Origin: Azolla caroliniana
Lineage: Eukaryota; Plantae; Polypodiophyta
Direction: 5' to 3'
Assembly (NCBI GenBank): GCA_043228905.1
Contig: JBHGNT010000005.1
Coordinates: forward strand, 24,180,001-24,244,000
DNA length: 64,000 nucleotides
Of the stretch, positions 36,612 to 50,577 are shown piece by piece (the stretch's first letter is position 1; every line of letters starts with the position of its first letter). The position numbers were made by a program, and so were the translations under genes. The notes below the pieces were generated by a model that was given only the letters and a program-made list of their open reading frames with translations, ran no database searches and was not told where the DNA came from.

Positions 36612-38580
36612 ATGTGATGAACAATTTCATCGACATTTTTATGCAGAAAGATTTCTTGATTGAAATGCTGTAAAATTTTATTTTAAAATATCTTCATGGT
36701 GAGTGAAATGTTCAGTTGTGTTGACAAAAAAAGTAGAAAATCTCAATAAAGGCTGTTTGCTACATATGTGATCAAAGCTTTGTAAAGTCTTCATTCACTT
36801 AGTTTGCTTGTCTTTTTTTATTTTTCATGTGTTCCTTAATCCTTACTCCTATTTTTATACAAGTGAGCATTAAATGAGTCAAGATGTTAGTTTAAGGGAA
36901 CCGATATGAGAACTCTTTGGTATGGAATTTTCTATGTTGACTTTTAAATTGAAAATATGAAGTTAGCACATGGTCCTGGATCCCTCAATTGTTTGTCCAT
37001 GCTTCTATAGTGAATAGAACACAATGATATGCTAGGTCTGTGAATGTTGGTACCAGAGACTACACATCAACAGGATGTTAGTTTTTGACGGAATGGAATT
37101 AGTTGGAACATACTTTCAACCTTGAGAAAAAATTCATTAACATTGTTAAGAAAATTGTGATTTTTCCCAAAATTTTCCCACTTTGCTTACTTCATCTAGT
37201 ATTACCTTAATGTTACTTTAAGTCTCAATTTTTCCAAAAGACAGCTTGTGTGCCTCATAGGAATCTTTTGTGATTCCAACTATTAATCACTCAAGTGCTG
37301 GAGTGATAGCATTTGGACACAGGAGGATGTGCATGTGACCCACCTTATTGAAACAGTGTGCATGCAATCTCTCGTTGACTGACGTGAGTACATGTAATAG
37401 GCATTTGGTAGTTGTTTGTGCATGTATTACTGGTGACATCAAACAAGCTATAGTTATTAACTTACTTAGTATGAGGGACATTCCTCATGTATACTAGTGT
37501 CAAACAAGCTTGGCCTACTCATGAAGGAACTGTCATATTTTGTGGAACCATGGTAAACAGGTGGTAACACTGAAATTATTAACCACCTCTCAAGGTCGAA
37601 ACAGACAAATTAAACTTCATTATCTATCATAGAGGCTTACATTCACGAAAGTGGCGTTACGTAAGTTAATAACCAGACTTTTGAAACGCTTAGAATGCCG
37701 GTACTTGAGGAATGAGAATCACTTGCCTTAGTAATCAAGTAAAAGCTGAAGTCATGAGATTGAGCAGCATATATACATGAATTTATGATGTCATAGGACT
37801 GCAAAATCAAATTCATGGCCAAAGATGATATTGATAACCAACACTTACCCTAGTAACCAAGACAAACACTTGTACAATTCAGTAGCATGTGTACGAGCTT
37901 ATGGTGTCTTAGGATTGCAAATCAACTTCAAGGCTAGAGTGGATATATTATCATTAAGCCATTATACCAATGTCATTGCAACAATTAGAATCAAGCGTTG
38001 CTACACAGATTGGCATTTCTAAACAAATAGCGTGAAATGTCCACTCCAAGGAGTTCTATTGCAAATTGAGGCTAGGCAACATCATTGGTTTCTCATTAGG
38101 AGGTAGTTGAAGTAATGTGTTGTTCTTAATAGCACGAAACTTCTTTTTCCAAAAATAGCACGAAACTTCAATCTGAGTATAAATCCAATAGACTAACTTA
38201 ATTAAAGAGGGGTTTTTCAGAATATGCTTACCGTGAAATGGTCGAACTAATTTCTTGTAAAAGGAATGTCCTTTTGTTGATATTTATAGCTTTACATATA
38301 TGCTTGAATTATTAATAATATTCAAGGATTATCAAATTCTGAGGTGAAGTTAAAAAAATACATTTCTACTATCTGCATCTTTAGGTTGGGTTCATAAGGC
38401 GCATGTTTATAAAATAGTCAAATAATATACAATGCTTAATTTTGAAGCACCTATAAAACACAATCTATAACATGTTTCTTTGCATATTTGAGAAGCTATT
38501 TGTGAAGTGTTCAGTGTGAATATACTATAAATTACCAACCTCCCATGTAACTAAAGTTCTTAAAGAGGTTGGTTTTTAGG

Positions 38581-41500
38581 TCACTTAAAAAGCTTTCTGA
38601 GCCCATATAGAAAGTTCGAATTGCTATCTGAAGATGTTCCTTGGTATGCCTTTTTAGCACGAAGCTCCCGCAATTTAGTCCTAAGAACCTATTCCACAAC
38701 CCAAATTCATAATATACAATACACATATTCATATTGTAAACTGGATTCAAAAGAGTAATTCAGAAAACACATACATATTGTACTCGATGAAGAATCCTCT
38801 GTTCGCTAGCACATAGTGCACAAGCCATCTTAAGCTTTGAGATCTGCATGGAATTTTGTTTGTCTTCTTTCAAATTAAAAGCACCATTTGAAGCTTGGTT
38901 CACCTAAAACCTCAACATACAAATATTCAAAAATCCAGATAGGTTAGCAGCATTACAAAATATTTTCCTGCTAAAGCTTGGTAACTATTGCATACTAGTA
39001 TTCCTATGTTATGTGATTCAACATAATTGGTGAAGCTTTTATAAGTATATTTCTTTATATGCACAATGATTGATCACTGGAAAACATGACCCAGCACTTC
39101 ACAAAATACCAAGTACATTGCTTCATGTGCAACAATAATTGGCAGTTGATGTTTACCTCCAGAAATTTTGTTAGCTTTGAAAGAGAGGCTTCAACAGCTT
39201 TTAAAATTAGTTCATGAGCCTCAATATCAACATCTCTTGGTATATCGTATATAGATGGTTGAAAACGATCCAGAAATCCTGGTGCCACTTTAGATGCAGC
39301 TGCTGCAGCCAACTTCATGAAGCAAAGCATCAAATGAGTGAGAGTGAAGAAGAAATATCATATAAAATTTCCTTAGCAAGTAAAATATGTCTAAGAGAAT
39401 ATCAATGCAATGTTATCCAAGGAATAATACTATCATGGAGATATTAGAGATTAGATTTCTTATTGTCCATGTGGAGGCCATATATTGGGGATGGGAGGAG
39501 AGAGGGAGAGAGAGGTTCATACCTACTCAATTTTGCATTTTCATACCTCACAAAATCTTGGTGACATTGATGCAGGGCATGCCGCAAGATATGCAAATGC
39601 AAAAAGTTGTGACGGTATTCCCATGATTGTTACTGGATATCTGCATGGTCTTTAATACTTAAGAAAATCAACAAAATACTTTGTCTCACAATTAAACTAG
39701 GTTTATATTGTGATTTTTTTATGTTTCAAGAAAATCAAATAAAAACTTCTGGTTCACAATGCATATTATGTCCACATGGTGATTCACATAGATGCTAAAA
39801 CCTAAACCCTGAATGACACAGTGGGAATGACATATTTAGTTCTAGAAAGACATCTTCATTTCTGGCAAATTAGCACAGAATATGTGTTTATGGATACGAT
39901 GATAATCCATGCTCTTTTAATGCCTTTTCTTTTTCAATAAGCATCTCATCTGCATCCTTCAGTGCAAAGATTAACTCCATGGAATCGATCTCATTAACGT
40001 CAGAAGAGACAAAACCATATGACAACAATATCTCCCCTTTTGATTTTTCCCCATATGAAATAAAGACCTGCAAGGCATTAATTATATCATCAAAAATCAG
40101 TATTTGAATACAACACCAGTATGATGCACAAATGCAAATTGAAACCTGTTTCTAAGATTGATTTCTGAGGTCTTTACAAAAATCTAACAGTTATAACAAT
40201 ATTACCATTTTTTCTTACATGCATGACAAATTCATTATACATACAAAAATTTTACCAGTTTAGAAAAAAGCGATAAAATTTTATATCTATACTTGTTCTG
40301 AAGGCTGATATGGTCGATCTGTTGTCAAGATCACTGTGTCAGATGTTTTTTCATAATCCAGGTATGCTTCTACCTGAAACAATATGAGCAAGAACCGCAA
40401 ATAATCAAACAAACTACTTCATCCAAAACATGTAATCTCTTCAAAAGCAAAAATCTATTCCAGAAAAATTACTTGTGAACTGTGGTTTAGCATATCTGCC
40501 CAAGGAACAAGGGCAACCTTCTGATTTAGCGACTGCAGACGCACCTACTGAGAACCAATGGATTCCTAATTAGCAACACAAACAGACGAAGCTAGAATAT
40601 AATGCATGGATTGGTGATTACAGATTATGAATATACATAAAGAAAAGAAAAAAGTACATACTAGCCGTGAGAAGAGAATACCGAAGGCCCACTTAAAACT
40701 TTCCATTGTGAAAAACTGATTCAGATTACGAGGGGGAAACAGTTAGACAGGAATCTTCATTGAAATATACTAGCAAGCATATACGGCTTTAAAGCCAATT
40801 AAAAAATCAATCATGAATTCACTACACACCTCATATACACATGTTGGTGCTAATCATAAAAGAAAATTGAAGGGAATATGAACATCAATTTTTCTTCATG
40901 CTTGGAACTTAAGATGGCGTAAAATTATTTCTGTTGAATACTAGTATATTAGAAGTTCACACACAGATTATACTTTCCCCCAAGCAAAGTACTCAGACTT
41001 TGCATCGCAGTCACTTTACCATGAAACTCCATCTTTCAGATGTTTAACTTTGTTGCAGAATGCCATCATCACTAATAACAATATCAGCAGCACAGGACAC
41101 AGTTCTATCTCTTGTAAATCTTTACATAGATGATATGCGTGACTTGGGCCGATTCAGAGTTATGAATAGAAATGGCTTTTTTACTCTAAAATTGAGGTCA
41201 AGAAGAGGGATCTCATACCTCTTCTGGAAAAAGTTGGGGATGTTTTGAATAAATCGAAGTGTGCATGTCATTGTATCTGTTATTTTATAAGAGAGGATAA
41301 GAACAATGAAACTGAATGAATCCTATGAGGTTGAAAAACTAAAAAATTTACATTTTTTCTACTTCTGCAATCCGCTCCAAAGCCTGATCTGCAACTGAGG
41401 AAGCTGAAAGGTACTTGTTAATCTCTGTTGCTGACCTATGCAAAGGATGTGGAACCATGAGGAAAATACAGCATAGTTTAAACAATATATTACATGCAAA

Positions 41501-42954
41501 GCCAATGTGACCAAAAGCCTCTAGTCAAATATAATTGTTTTTGAAACATATTTTTTATGGATTTCAAATTAAATAATCCTACAGATATATTCAGAGAAGG
41601 AATTAGATTGATGCACTCTTTCAAATTACTTATTCCTTGAAACACTAATTTTATTAAATAGCTCAAATTTTAGACTTTATAAATAACATCTTGATTGAAC
41701 AATACAGGCAAAACATAATGTGATGCAGTCCCTCTTCTTTTCAAACTTCAAGGAATTAACTTTAAGAAAGCAATTAGAGTAAGCGAAAGATCAATGGAGA
41801 GAGAGAGAGAGAGAGAGAAAATTAATACAATGACCTAAAACCAATAGAGGTTGCCTCTATGCTGATTGGAAAAGACATACCACAAAAGAATAGACTCTGG
41901 CTGGCGTGGCAACGCATAGATATAAGGATACCAATGAGAATTTGTTCCCTGACTCGCTTCACTGATCAAGAAAGTAGCAAGAAATGGCCATTCAGGTACA
42001 TTTTCAGAAGACAAAATGGTGGCAGACTGCCGGTTGCTCCATTCCTGAGATATTCGAGGAAAGCAAAAAGAAAGCAAAAATCATCAAGCAAGCCTGTCCA
42101 CAAGATGCCACACACCATAAAGATTGTCACCAAATCTACACATATAATTGACAATCTTGCTGTTGAGGATAAGATGCCATAATGAGACAAAGAAGATATT
42201 GACCAAAGCTGCAGCATGATCAACAAGATACATACCATATACATATTGACTGGGTGAAGAAATAATTCAGAATGGCAAAGTGATCAACCAGGCATAACAT
42301 AAATGATAAGGTATTGGTTAACGGCCTCACATTACACAATTTATTTGTTATATGGGCAAAAATGTGATATATCTCATCCATTCTACGATATGAACAACAG
42401 CATAATGCATAAACAATTCACTTGATCTCGAGAGAAAGGAAAATTTCACAAAATCAATCAACAGGCTACAGCATAGCATACATGGCGAACAGCTTTTATC
42501 ACAACGTGCCTTAAAGGGCCAAACATCACACCTACACACACTGTGTGGTCAACAACACTGAACAAACAATTATTTCCGAAAGGAGAAGGAATTTGCATAC
42601 CGAATCAGTGGTGATGATGAGAGACGAAGGGACAAAGAGGAGGCGCTCGCCTTTCCTGATGTTGGATGTCGCGACAAGGCCGCGCCCTCCAGACTCTGCC
42701 TCTACCTTCTCCAAGGAGAGCTTCTGAGGCGGGAGCTTCTGCGAAGTGAGCCATTGTTGAAGAAGAACAGAATCGCTACTCTCAGAAGAAGAAGAAGAAG
42801 AGTATGGATCATATCCCCCGGTCTTCTGAAGAAACGGAAGAGAGCTATTCTTACTCTTACTCTGGGACACGGTAGCATTAGCTACTCTGTCAGTTTCTGT
42901 GTTTCTGCTGAGGCAGAAAAGAGGAGGGACGACGCTGACCATCGCCATCGCCAT
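38581..42954 (-). CDS. plastid-targeted SET-domain protein-lysine methyltransferase, Rubisco LSMT family (At3g07670-like), ~12 exons
   Basis: Exon 1 (42954-42601): transit-peptide-like start plus GGRGLVATSNIRKGERLLFVP. Later exons: WYPYIYALPRQPESILLW (42044-41881), FKWAFGILFSRL, VRL...ALVPWADMLNHS (SET NHS motif), VFISYGEKSKGEILLSYGF (ELxxxY), CASEQRILHRVQY, and last exon VLRTKLRELR...GLRKLFK* (stop 38581-83). Confidence 0.9.
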
Positions 42955-45900
42955 CGCCTGCTGGAAGCTGCTTGCAGCTTCTCTTCTCTTCTCTTCTCTT
43001 CTGTGTGGATAGATGGGAAACATTTTATCAGAAATGGTGGCCTAGTTTTCATATATTACAAAAGTAGCCCCTCTTCCCTATGGAGACTTCTCTCCACAAG
43101 CAATTACATAATAATCTCTCCAGCTCTCTCTCTCTCTCTCTCTCTTTATACGTATTTGTATCCGTATGTATCTCTATCTACATGTATATCTCTATTGTAT
43201 TTGTATCTCTATCTGTATCTATATCTATATTTGTATTTGTATATCTATATCTATATCAGTATCTGTATATGTATCGATGTCTCACTTCTAAAAAAAACAA
43301 TGGTATCTATATATGTATATGTATATGTATTTGTATTTATGTCCCACTTCTAACAACAACAACGGTATATGTATATGTATATTTCCCCCTTCTAACAACA
43401 ACGATGGTTAAGCGCCTAGCATTTCACTATTGGCAATGGCATTAATGCATCTCATCGCCTCCTTTTGTACATACTTATCAATGTAGTTGGTCTTATTCTT
43501 TGTACATTTGGTGAGGGATGCTTTTTTAAGGAGCCGTGCCATTGGATTTGCAAAATAAACCCCCTTAAACCTCCTCTTGCTCTCTCTCACAAACTTTAAC
43601 AGATGACCAGTCTAACGCAATGCTTGAAGGAAAGTTGAATCCTTGCTTCTATCTTTCATAATACTATTCCCTTTTAACTGGAATTTACTTGATGAGTTGC
43701 ATGATCAAATAAACATAAACTTCTTTGTAATCGTGGATTTTGAACGTTTCGTTCTACTCAACATATTAATCTTCAGTGTCGTTGCGCCAATTTTGTAGCC
43801 CGGTAATGTTGTAACAATTATTCATGTAAGTTATCATGAGCACTAATCATTTCAAGATACTTTGTCGCTACTATAATCCCACATTTCTAAAAAAAAAGGA
43901 TGACTATGTTTCGATTGTCTATACCTAGCAATTGTTTCTGTTTTTTTTGTCAGGTGCAATATTTTGAAGTCTCGCCTCAACTACAAACATTTTGTTCGAG
44001 ATACTTTGTCTCTACTCGAACCTCACGAAAATCTCAACTACATTTATGTCTTAAAGGAGAATGATATATGGAGGAAAAAGTGGCGTGATGTATGTGGACC
44101 CAAATCCAAAGGAAGAAAAGTTGAATAAGAGCACATTGAGCTAGAACCATGGGGAACTTCTGACAAAGGGACAATTTTTTGTGTCGAACTACACATATGA
44201 ACTTATTCCCTTGTGAAGGACCACACAAGAGTTGTGTAAAAGCCTAAATAGTTCTCTTCACAAGAGAACCTCTTTAGTTCTCCCCACAAGAGAACCCACT
44301 AGGCCTCCTAACATGGGACTACTCTCCTCAACGAGAGCACACACTTACCGCACCCACTACCCAAACCTTTTGGGTCCTATATAATACCCATTTCAATAAA
44401 ACCCCTCCTCTCTTCCAATTTGCATATTACATACTCAACACACACGGACACATGCATATACACAAAATACACACAAACGCATGTTTATCTTCACACATAC
44501 ATTTTTGCACATATGTGAATCAAGTTCCTCAAAGGGGCAAACACGACTCGTACATTGGAAACTTGCACTTCCAAGGGTCACTACCAAATCTGAATAGATC
44601 ACCTTCCTCGTAGAGGGATAACAAAGGGATTGGGGGACATTACAACCCAATGGAAAATACCACATCATAGATCAACATATAAAAGGTCTTACCTCTTCAT
44701 TCCATGCAACCATGGAAGCCTCGAATGCTTCTTAAGTTAATATGAAGTTAACACACACCTAATCACTGCACTAATTAAGAAATATGTTAATCTTAATTAA
44801 TTAGATTACTACAAATACGTAAGATACATACAAAGTGTCTCAATTAAATTAAAAAATTGCTAAATAAAAAAGACAAGTGTATCTCAATTAATTGGAGTGG
44901 AAATGTTGCATGGAGAAAAGTGAACTTTAGTGGATGCAAAAGGGACATAATGATGACCAAGAGGTAGCCCCAAGTCGGGGCACCCAATACCCAATGGCCT
45001 TCACATATTTGCTCTTGCCCTTTTATATAAATTGGAAACCCTAAAGGGTCCCTTTCACATAACCAGTCGATTGACCATTATCCATTCCTTTCTAATAATG
45101 GGTAGTTGTCTACAAATCTCAATATGACCATGTTTATTACATACATTTGGCCTAAGCATAATAAATTAGAGTTAGTTTAGAATATAGTGTAAATGTTAGT
45201 TGCTTGAGAGTGTTTGAACCCATTCTCATATGTTTGGCCAACAAATACAAGAGGATAGATAGTGATACAATATTGTCTGATGACCTCATGATGGTTTTCA
45301 CGAAGAACACCCAAGAAAGATGCAGGATTTGGTAGAGTATTAAAAACAATACAATCATCTTTGCAATTGGTTCACAAGAACTTAATTAGGGGAAAATATT
45401 TGGCTAGTTGGCTTTATTCATGAAGATATCTCTTGGTAAAACAAGCAAGAATTTGGGTGTTGTAATCAATATGAACATAGTGCAACCATGTAGGGGTTTC
45501 TTGAAGCATTACCAAATCTTAATAAGCATGCATTCTTTGAGAAACTGCACACTTAAATAAACTCTATATGATTGTCTAATGCTACATCACCTTTCACTAA
45601 CAACTTATTCATCTAGTTTTATAGTCCATCCTAGTGTACTACCCCAACCCTTAGACTCTATTCCACTCTCTCTTAATGAATCTATCTTCCAAACTATAGT
45701 GTTTCAACAATTGAATGATAATAACACCTAATGTCCATTTGGCTTCTCGGTATAACATGACTAAAGTCTGGACTCTTGATGGGTAGGTTACATCCACATA
45801 GGTGGACAAGTTGAGCCCTTAGTGCTCCCCCTCGATGCACTTTATCTTTCCCCAACCATTCATACACACACACACACACACACACTTTTTGCAATGCCAA

Positions 45901-46450
45901 TGTATCATGACATGGGACAAATGTGGTGGCTCATGCTTCACACATTATACTATAAATGTTGCACCTAACTACAAAAGCATATTCTTCGTGGAACGGGGAA
46001 GCCGTACACATCGATACATGTTAGAGCCCATCCTGATATCTGCCATTTGAACCATTGCTTCCATGCGACTCAGTTCACACACATTGAGATGTGAGACGGG
46101 GCGTTGGGGCACAAGGGATGAGAGTGGTCGACTATGCACACTTTGCCCTAAACAAGTTTGAGAGTCTAAGTATCACACTTGGATACAATGCTCTACCTTT
46201 GATCATATTCGACCATGCTTTCCACGTCTCTTCAATTGAGCCCAAATCCTTGCACGAATTTCTCTCACAACCACGATGTGCACTCTCGATTGCATTATTC
46301 ATTGGTAAAGTTCTTGAACATCGAGAGTTGCTACTTACCTTCACACGTATCACGTGAAATGTAATATTTTTGGTCTCATAGGTCATATTTGACCTCCGAA
46401 GACGATAATATAATCTATCTATCTATCTATGTATATATATATATATATAT

Positions 46451-47797
46451 TGTGGTGTGCATGTGTTCCTTTGTGCCACCCTTTTAGCTCACCCTTTTTA
46501 GCCAAGCCAACCCAAATGGGTTCCGTTGTATCAACTATAAATTGATTAAGAAGTAAGAAGCTAAGTAGACGGGTTTTGATCTCTTATGGGCATTTCACAT
46601 ATTGGTGGAGATGATGGGTACCAGCCCCCACATCCAAGCATCCACCTCTTCCGCTTCGTAGGTAGCATCGCCCTCGCCACCGTCACCGACACTCTTGTTA
46701 GTCTCTCTTCCATTAGCACCGCCTTAGTTCACTAGTTAGGTCTCCCGACATCCATCACTTCCTCCATCCAAGTCTTTTTTTGCAATTGTCATCTATACCT
46801 CTCTAGCACGCAAGCCCACTACACCTTCGCCTTAGACACTCTCACTTTCTCACACCACTTTTATGTCTTGCCCCACCAACTCTTCCCCCTCACCTTAGGT
46901 TGCCCACTAACTTCTTGTCCCATGAGTTTCTCTGATCCCCCTCCTACATGATAGACCTCCTGTCCCCCACCTCAATCAAGTCCGGGTGGCCCTTAGTCCA
47001 GAAGAGTGATTGAATATTTCTTTGCCAAATGATCTTTTCCCCGATCCCCCTTTGACACGATAGCCCTCTTGTCCCCCACCTTAGCCAAGTCTAGGTGGTC
47101 CTCAGTCCATAGGAGTGATTGATCTTCGCCGCCATATGATCTTTCCTCGATCCCCCTCCGACACGATAGCCCTCCTGTCCCCCACCTCAGCAAAGTTCAG
47201 GTGGCCCTCAGTCCACAGGAGTGATTGATCCCTATTCGCCGATTGATAGCTCGTTTTCCGTCACTAGCTCTGTCCAACTATCAAGGCCAACAATTCCACG
47301 GGGATGTCCTCAACTTCGTTGCAACTCAACTACGTGTCTGTAGATGTTTACATCCCCACACCATCTTCACCGAACGCCTCAACAAGACCCTCAAACATGA
47401 GACGGTTGCATAAATCAACCCTTTTCGAGCACTCTATGGGCGTAACCCTCGCCTCGCACTAGAATCATCCATGGATTTCCATTTGAAACTTGCCATCAGA
47501 TGCTCCCCCTCCTTCGACAAGCCACTGTTCTTGTTCTTGTTCATGTACCTGTCCTGTTCTTGTTCATGCCCCTCAATCTCTTGTTTCTCGCAGGGGGGAA
47601 ATGTGGTGTGCATGTGTTCCTTTGTGCCACCCTTTTAGCTCATCCTTTTTAGGATGCACGTACCCAAGTTGACCCACCCTTTTAGCACACCCTTTTTAGC
47701 CAAGCCAACCCAAATGGGTTCCGTTGTATCAACTATAAATTGATTAAGAAGTAAGAAGCTAAGTAGACGGGTTTTGCTCTCTTATGGGCATTTCACA
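46451..47797 (+). mobile_element. small non-autonomous LTR element (TRIM-like or deletion derivative)
   Basis: LTRs 46451-46599 (149 bp) and 47602-47797 (196 bp), TG...CA. PBS TGGTGGAGATG at 46603-13 (tRNA-Ala-like). PPT AGGGGGGAAA at 47592-601. Apparent TSD ATAT. Interior has three ~108-bp tandem repeats (46950-47230) and an integrase scrap (TERLNKTLK...PFRALYGRNPRL). Confidence 0.85.
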
Positions 47798-48309
47798 ATA
47801 TTAAGATCCATAGAAGCAGATTACAATCTATGAGATGGGGCCTAGCCCATGGTGTGGATAAAACTTGGGTAGTATAACCACTTACCACTAGGGTAAGCTA
47901 ATTATGAATCATGATAAAGAGAGAGAGAGAGAGAGCAAGCAAGAAAGAAAGATATATTAATGTCATCTAAGACCAAAATCGGGCCATGAGACAATTGGTT
48001 TACAACAAAAATGGGGTGTTTACCCGATCATCGAAAACCCGAAAAAATGCTGCCTTTTTTGCTCGGAGTAGAACGAAGAAGAAAATCGGAATGAGTGTTT
48101 CGAAGATCGGACGTCCGACGGAACACAATTAGAGGAAGGAAAGTGTGAAATGCTGAGAATTAGAGGAAGGAAGGTGTGAAATGCTCTGTTTCTCTCTCAA
48201 TCAATCTCTTCTCTTTTTTCTAACTATTGGTTCTTCTTCATCCATTTCAATGGAGTATTACACGCTTATGAGTGATTTTGATTGAAAGGAAGAAGACGAC
48301 GACGACGGT

Positions 48310-50577
48310 ATGATCTGTGAGATGTTGGATCGCCCAGTTGAGGAAACATCCTGTCATGTAAGCAAATATTCTGCTCTGGTTTTTTCTCACTGCAATTTTT
48401 CTTTTCTTTGCTTATTTCAACAAATTGCTATCCCATTGTGATTTTTCGTTTGTTCTGCCCATATTGTCGCTAGGTTTTGATTTCTCTGTAATTTGATGGG
48501 GATACTTCATGTGGAAACATTGCGTCCACACATACATACATACATACATACATACATACATACATACATACATACATACATACATACATGTGTGTGTGTG
48601 TGTGTTTTACTATATGTATCTATTGATATGCTTTAGGACATGTATGTATATGTGTGTGTATGTAAGTATATACATAATATGTATGTATGTATGTGTATAA
48701 AATTAATATTTGCCTGAAGTAATATTGGTGTTCAAGCAGGAGGAGCAGAAGCCCGAGGATGGCATCATGGTAGATAATATTCATGACAAGGTTCCAGATT
48801 CTGTTTGGCAGAATATCCATCCCTTGACAGTTGATCTTTGGAGAATGATTCTACAAAAGCTTCCCGCGGATTCACTAGCTCGGGCGGCATGTGTGTGCCA
48901 TCTTTGGTACTCCATAGCTGGCGATCCTGTAGTTCTTTCCAATATATTTAGAGAGTCTTGGAAGCTTTCTCAGGTCTTTGGAAGGCCGTTGTCTACGAAT
49001 TTCTGGTCAGATGCAAATTTGGGACGGTTCGCTATTTCACATTCAGTCACTCGATGGGATAGCATCGCAGGCCTTGCCGTGAAATATCAAGTCCATGTAA
49101 GTCTTTCTTCTCTTGCTCTGTCTCGACTAAATGAATTGATTTGGGCAAAATTACTTTATTTTTTATAATGGTATGTGAAAAGAGTTCATTTTTGGGTCGA
49201 GTAACAGAAGATCCATCGATAATTGTACACCATTCGCATCCAAGCATTAGTATATCGTATACCCATCAATAAGTTATACAGACAAGTATACTCAATATTT
49301 GCATGCAGCTAGTATAAGAACAAAATTTATGTATCTCATTGAGTTACAGAAAAAGTCAGTAACATTGTCTCATTAATACTGACTGGTATGTGAATATCCA
49401 TGTGAGTATATCTAACAATCTAGTATGGGTAGTGAAATACCTGCCAATAATTCTTAAAAGTATATTCAATGTTTGGATACATGTGGTAGTGCAAAGTATA
49501 TGAATTGGCCTATTTGAATGGCATTGCCTCGATATAGCCAAGAAACACCCTCTGAATATTTTGGGCTTCCACAAGGGCCTGCCTCATGCCAAGGCTATCA
49601 TGCACTATAAATCACCATGCAGATTGATATAGATACATAGCATTAGGATGGTATATATAATATCAATCTAGATGCATGACTTTGGGATTGAATGGGCATT
49701 TGAAAAATTGAAGCAATAAATTCAGGAATTTGGGACAAGAAATGGATATAAGAGGATACATTCAATGATCCCTCTTAGTGAGGGCTCTGCACTATCTTGG
49801 GAAAGGAACCATCCTCTTTGCATGAGGAGATGCCCTAGAGTTTTGTAAATTCTTCATTGGGAGACTTTGAGATGACTATCTTGAACTGAGTGTACATTTT
49901 TTTTGAAGAATTTAGGCTTTCTAATTATCAACATAAATGGTTCGCCAAAACCGTAGGACTTCAAACTAACATTATGGATAGGTTTCTCCTTCTAAATGTA
50001 TGCATGGTATGTAGATATCTGTGCGTATGTACTTTTGTTCGTATGCATTTGCAGTTAAGAGGTCTTCATTGGACTAATGTTTTCATGCAAAATGAGGTGA
50101 GCATTAAGAGTTAAATCATAGCAGGAAGATGAACAAGTTTTAGCGGTTAATTTGCGGTAAATTCTATAACAGGTGATCGAGATAAAAAGGCTCAACAATA
50201 TGATTAGTGATCACGGTATCCACTCTCGGGATCGCATATTGATTCCCGTGTCGCAGCCAGAATTTGTGCAAGGGAAGACATGCTATATTGAGGTTGATCC
50301 TTATGCCAAGAGAGAGGTGGCCGTATTGTATTTGGATGAAGACTCTCCTAAGAAGCCATCATCCTTCAATCGGTCCAAGTCCAAAAACGAAGAAAAACTT
50401 ATTAGAAGAGAATTGCTTGAATCGATGAAAAGATGCCTAAACACAGATGATGATGCAACGGTTCACTATTACTTGTCATTGGCTGACGGAGACATGAAAA
50501 AAGCGTATTGTCAATATAATGAAGACTTGAGGTGGGAAAGATCAGGTGCTCGACGAGGCTTCCCCTGTTTTCGATGA
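48310..50577 (+). CDS. F-box / LysM-domain protein (At1g55000-like), exons 48310-48357 (tentative), 48740-49096, 50173-50577
   Basis: F-box (DLWRMILQKLPADSLARAACVCHLW) and LysM (HSVTRWDSIAGLAVKYQVH|VIEIKRLNNMISDHGIHSRDRILIP); C-terminal YYLSLADGDMKKAYCQYNEDLRWE. Splice sites are in frame. The first exon is less certain. Confidence 0.9.
48530..48604. repeat. (CATA)n(TG)n microsatellite in an intron
   Basis: Directly visible. Confidence 0.95.

Noticed and set aside
42754-43445. + strand ORFs of 199 and 121 aa overlapping the SET gene start
   Set aside because: Translations of (CT)n and (TATC/TATG)n microsatellites plus antisense of exon 1.
44030-44650. Possible solo LTR on the - strand beginning TGTAATGTCCCC at ~44644
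   Set aside because: The other end and a TSD could not be found.
45990-46390. ORF 46132-46386 (-) faintly resembling a hAT transposase segment (…CKDLG…LFR…LIPCAPT)
   Set aside because: Similarity is too weak and short to support without a search.
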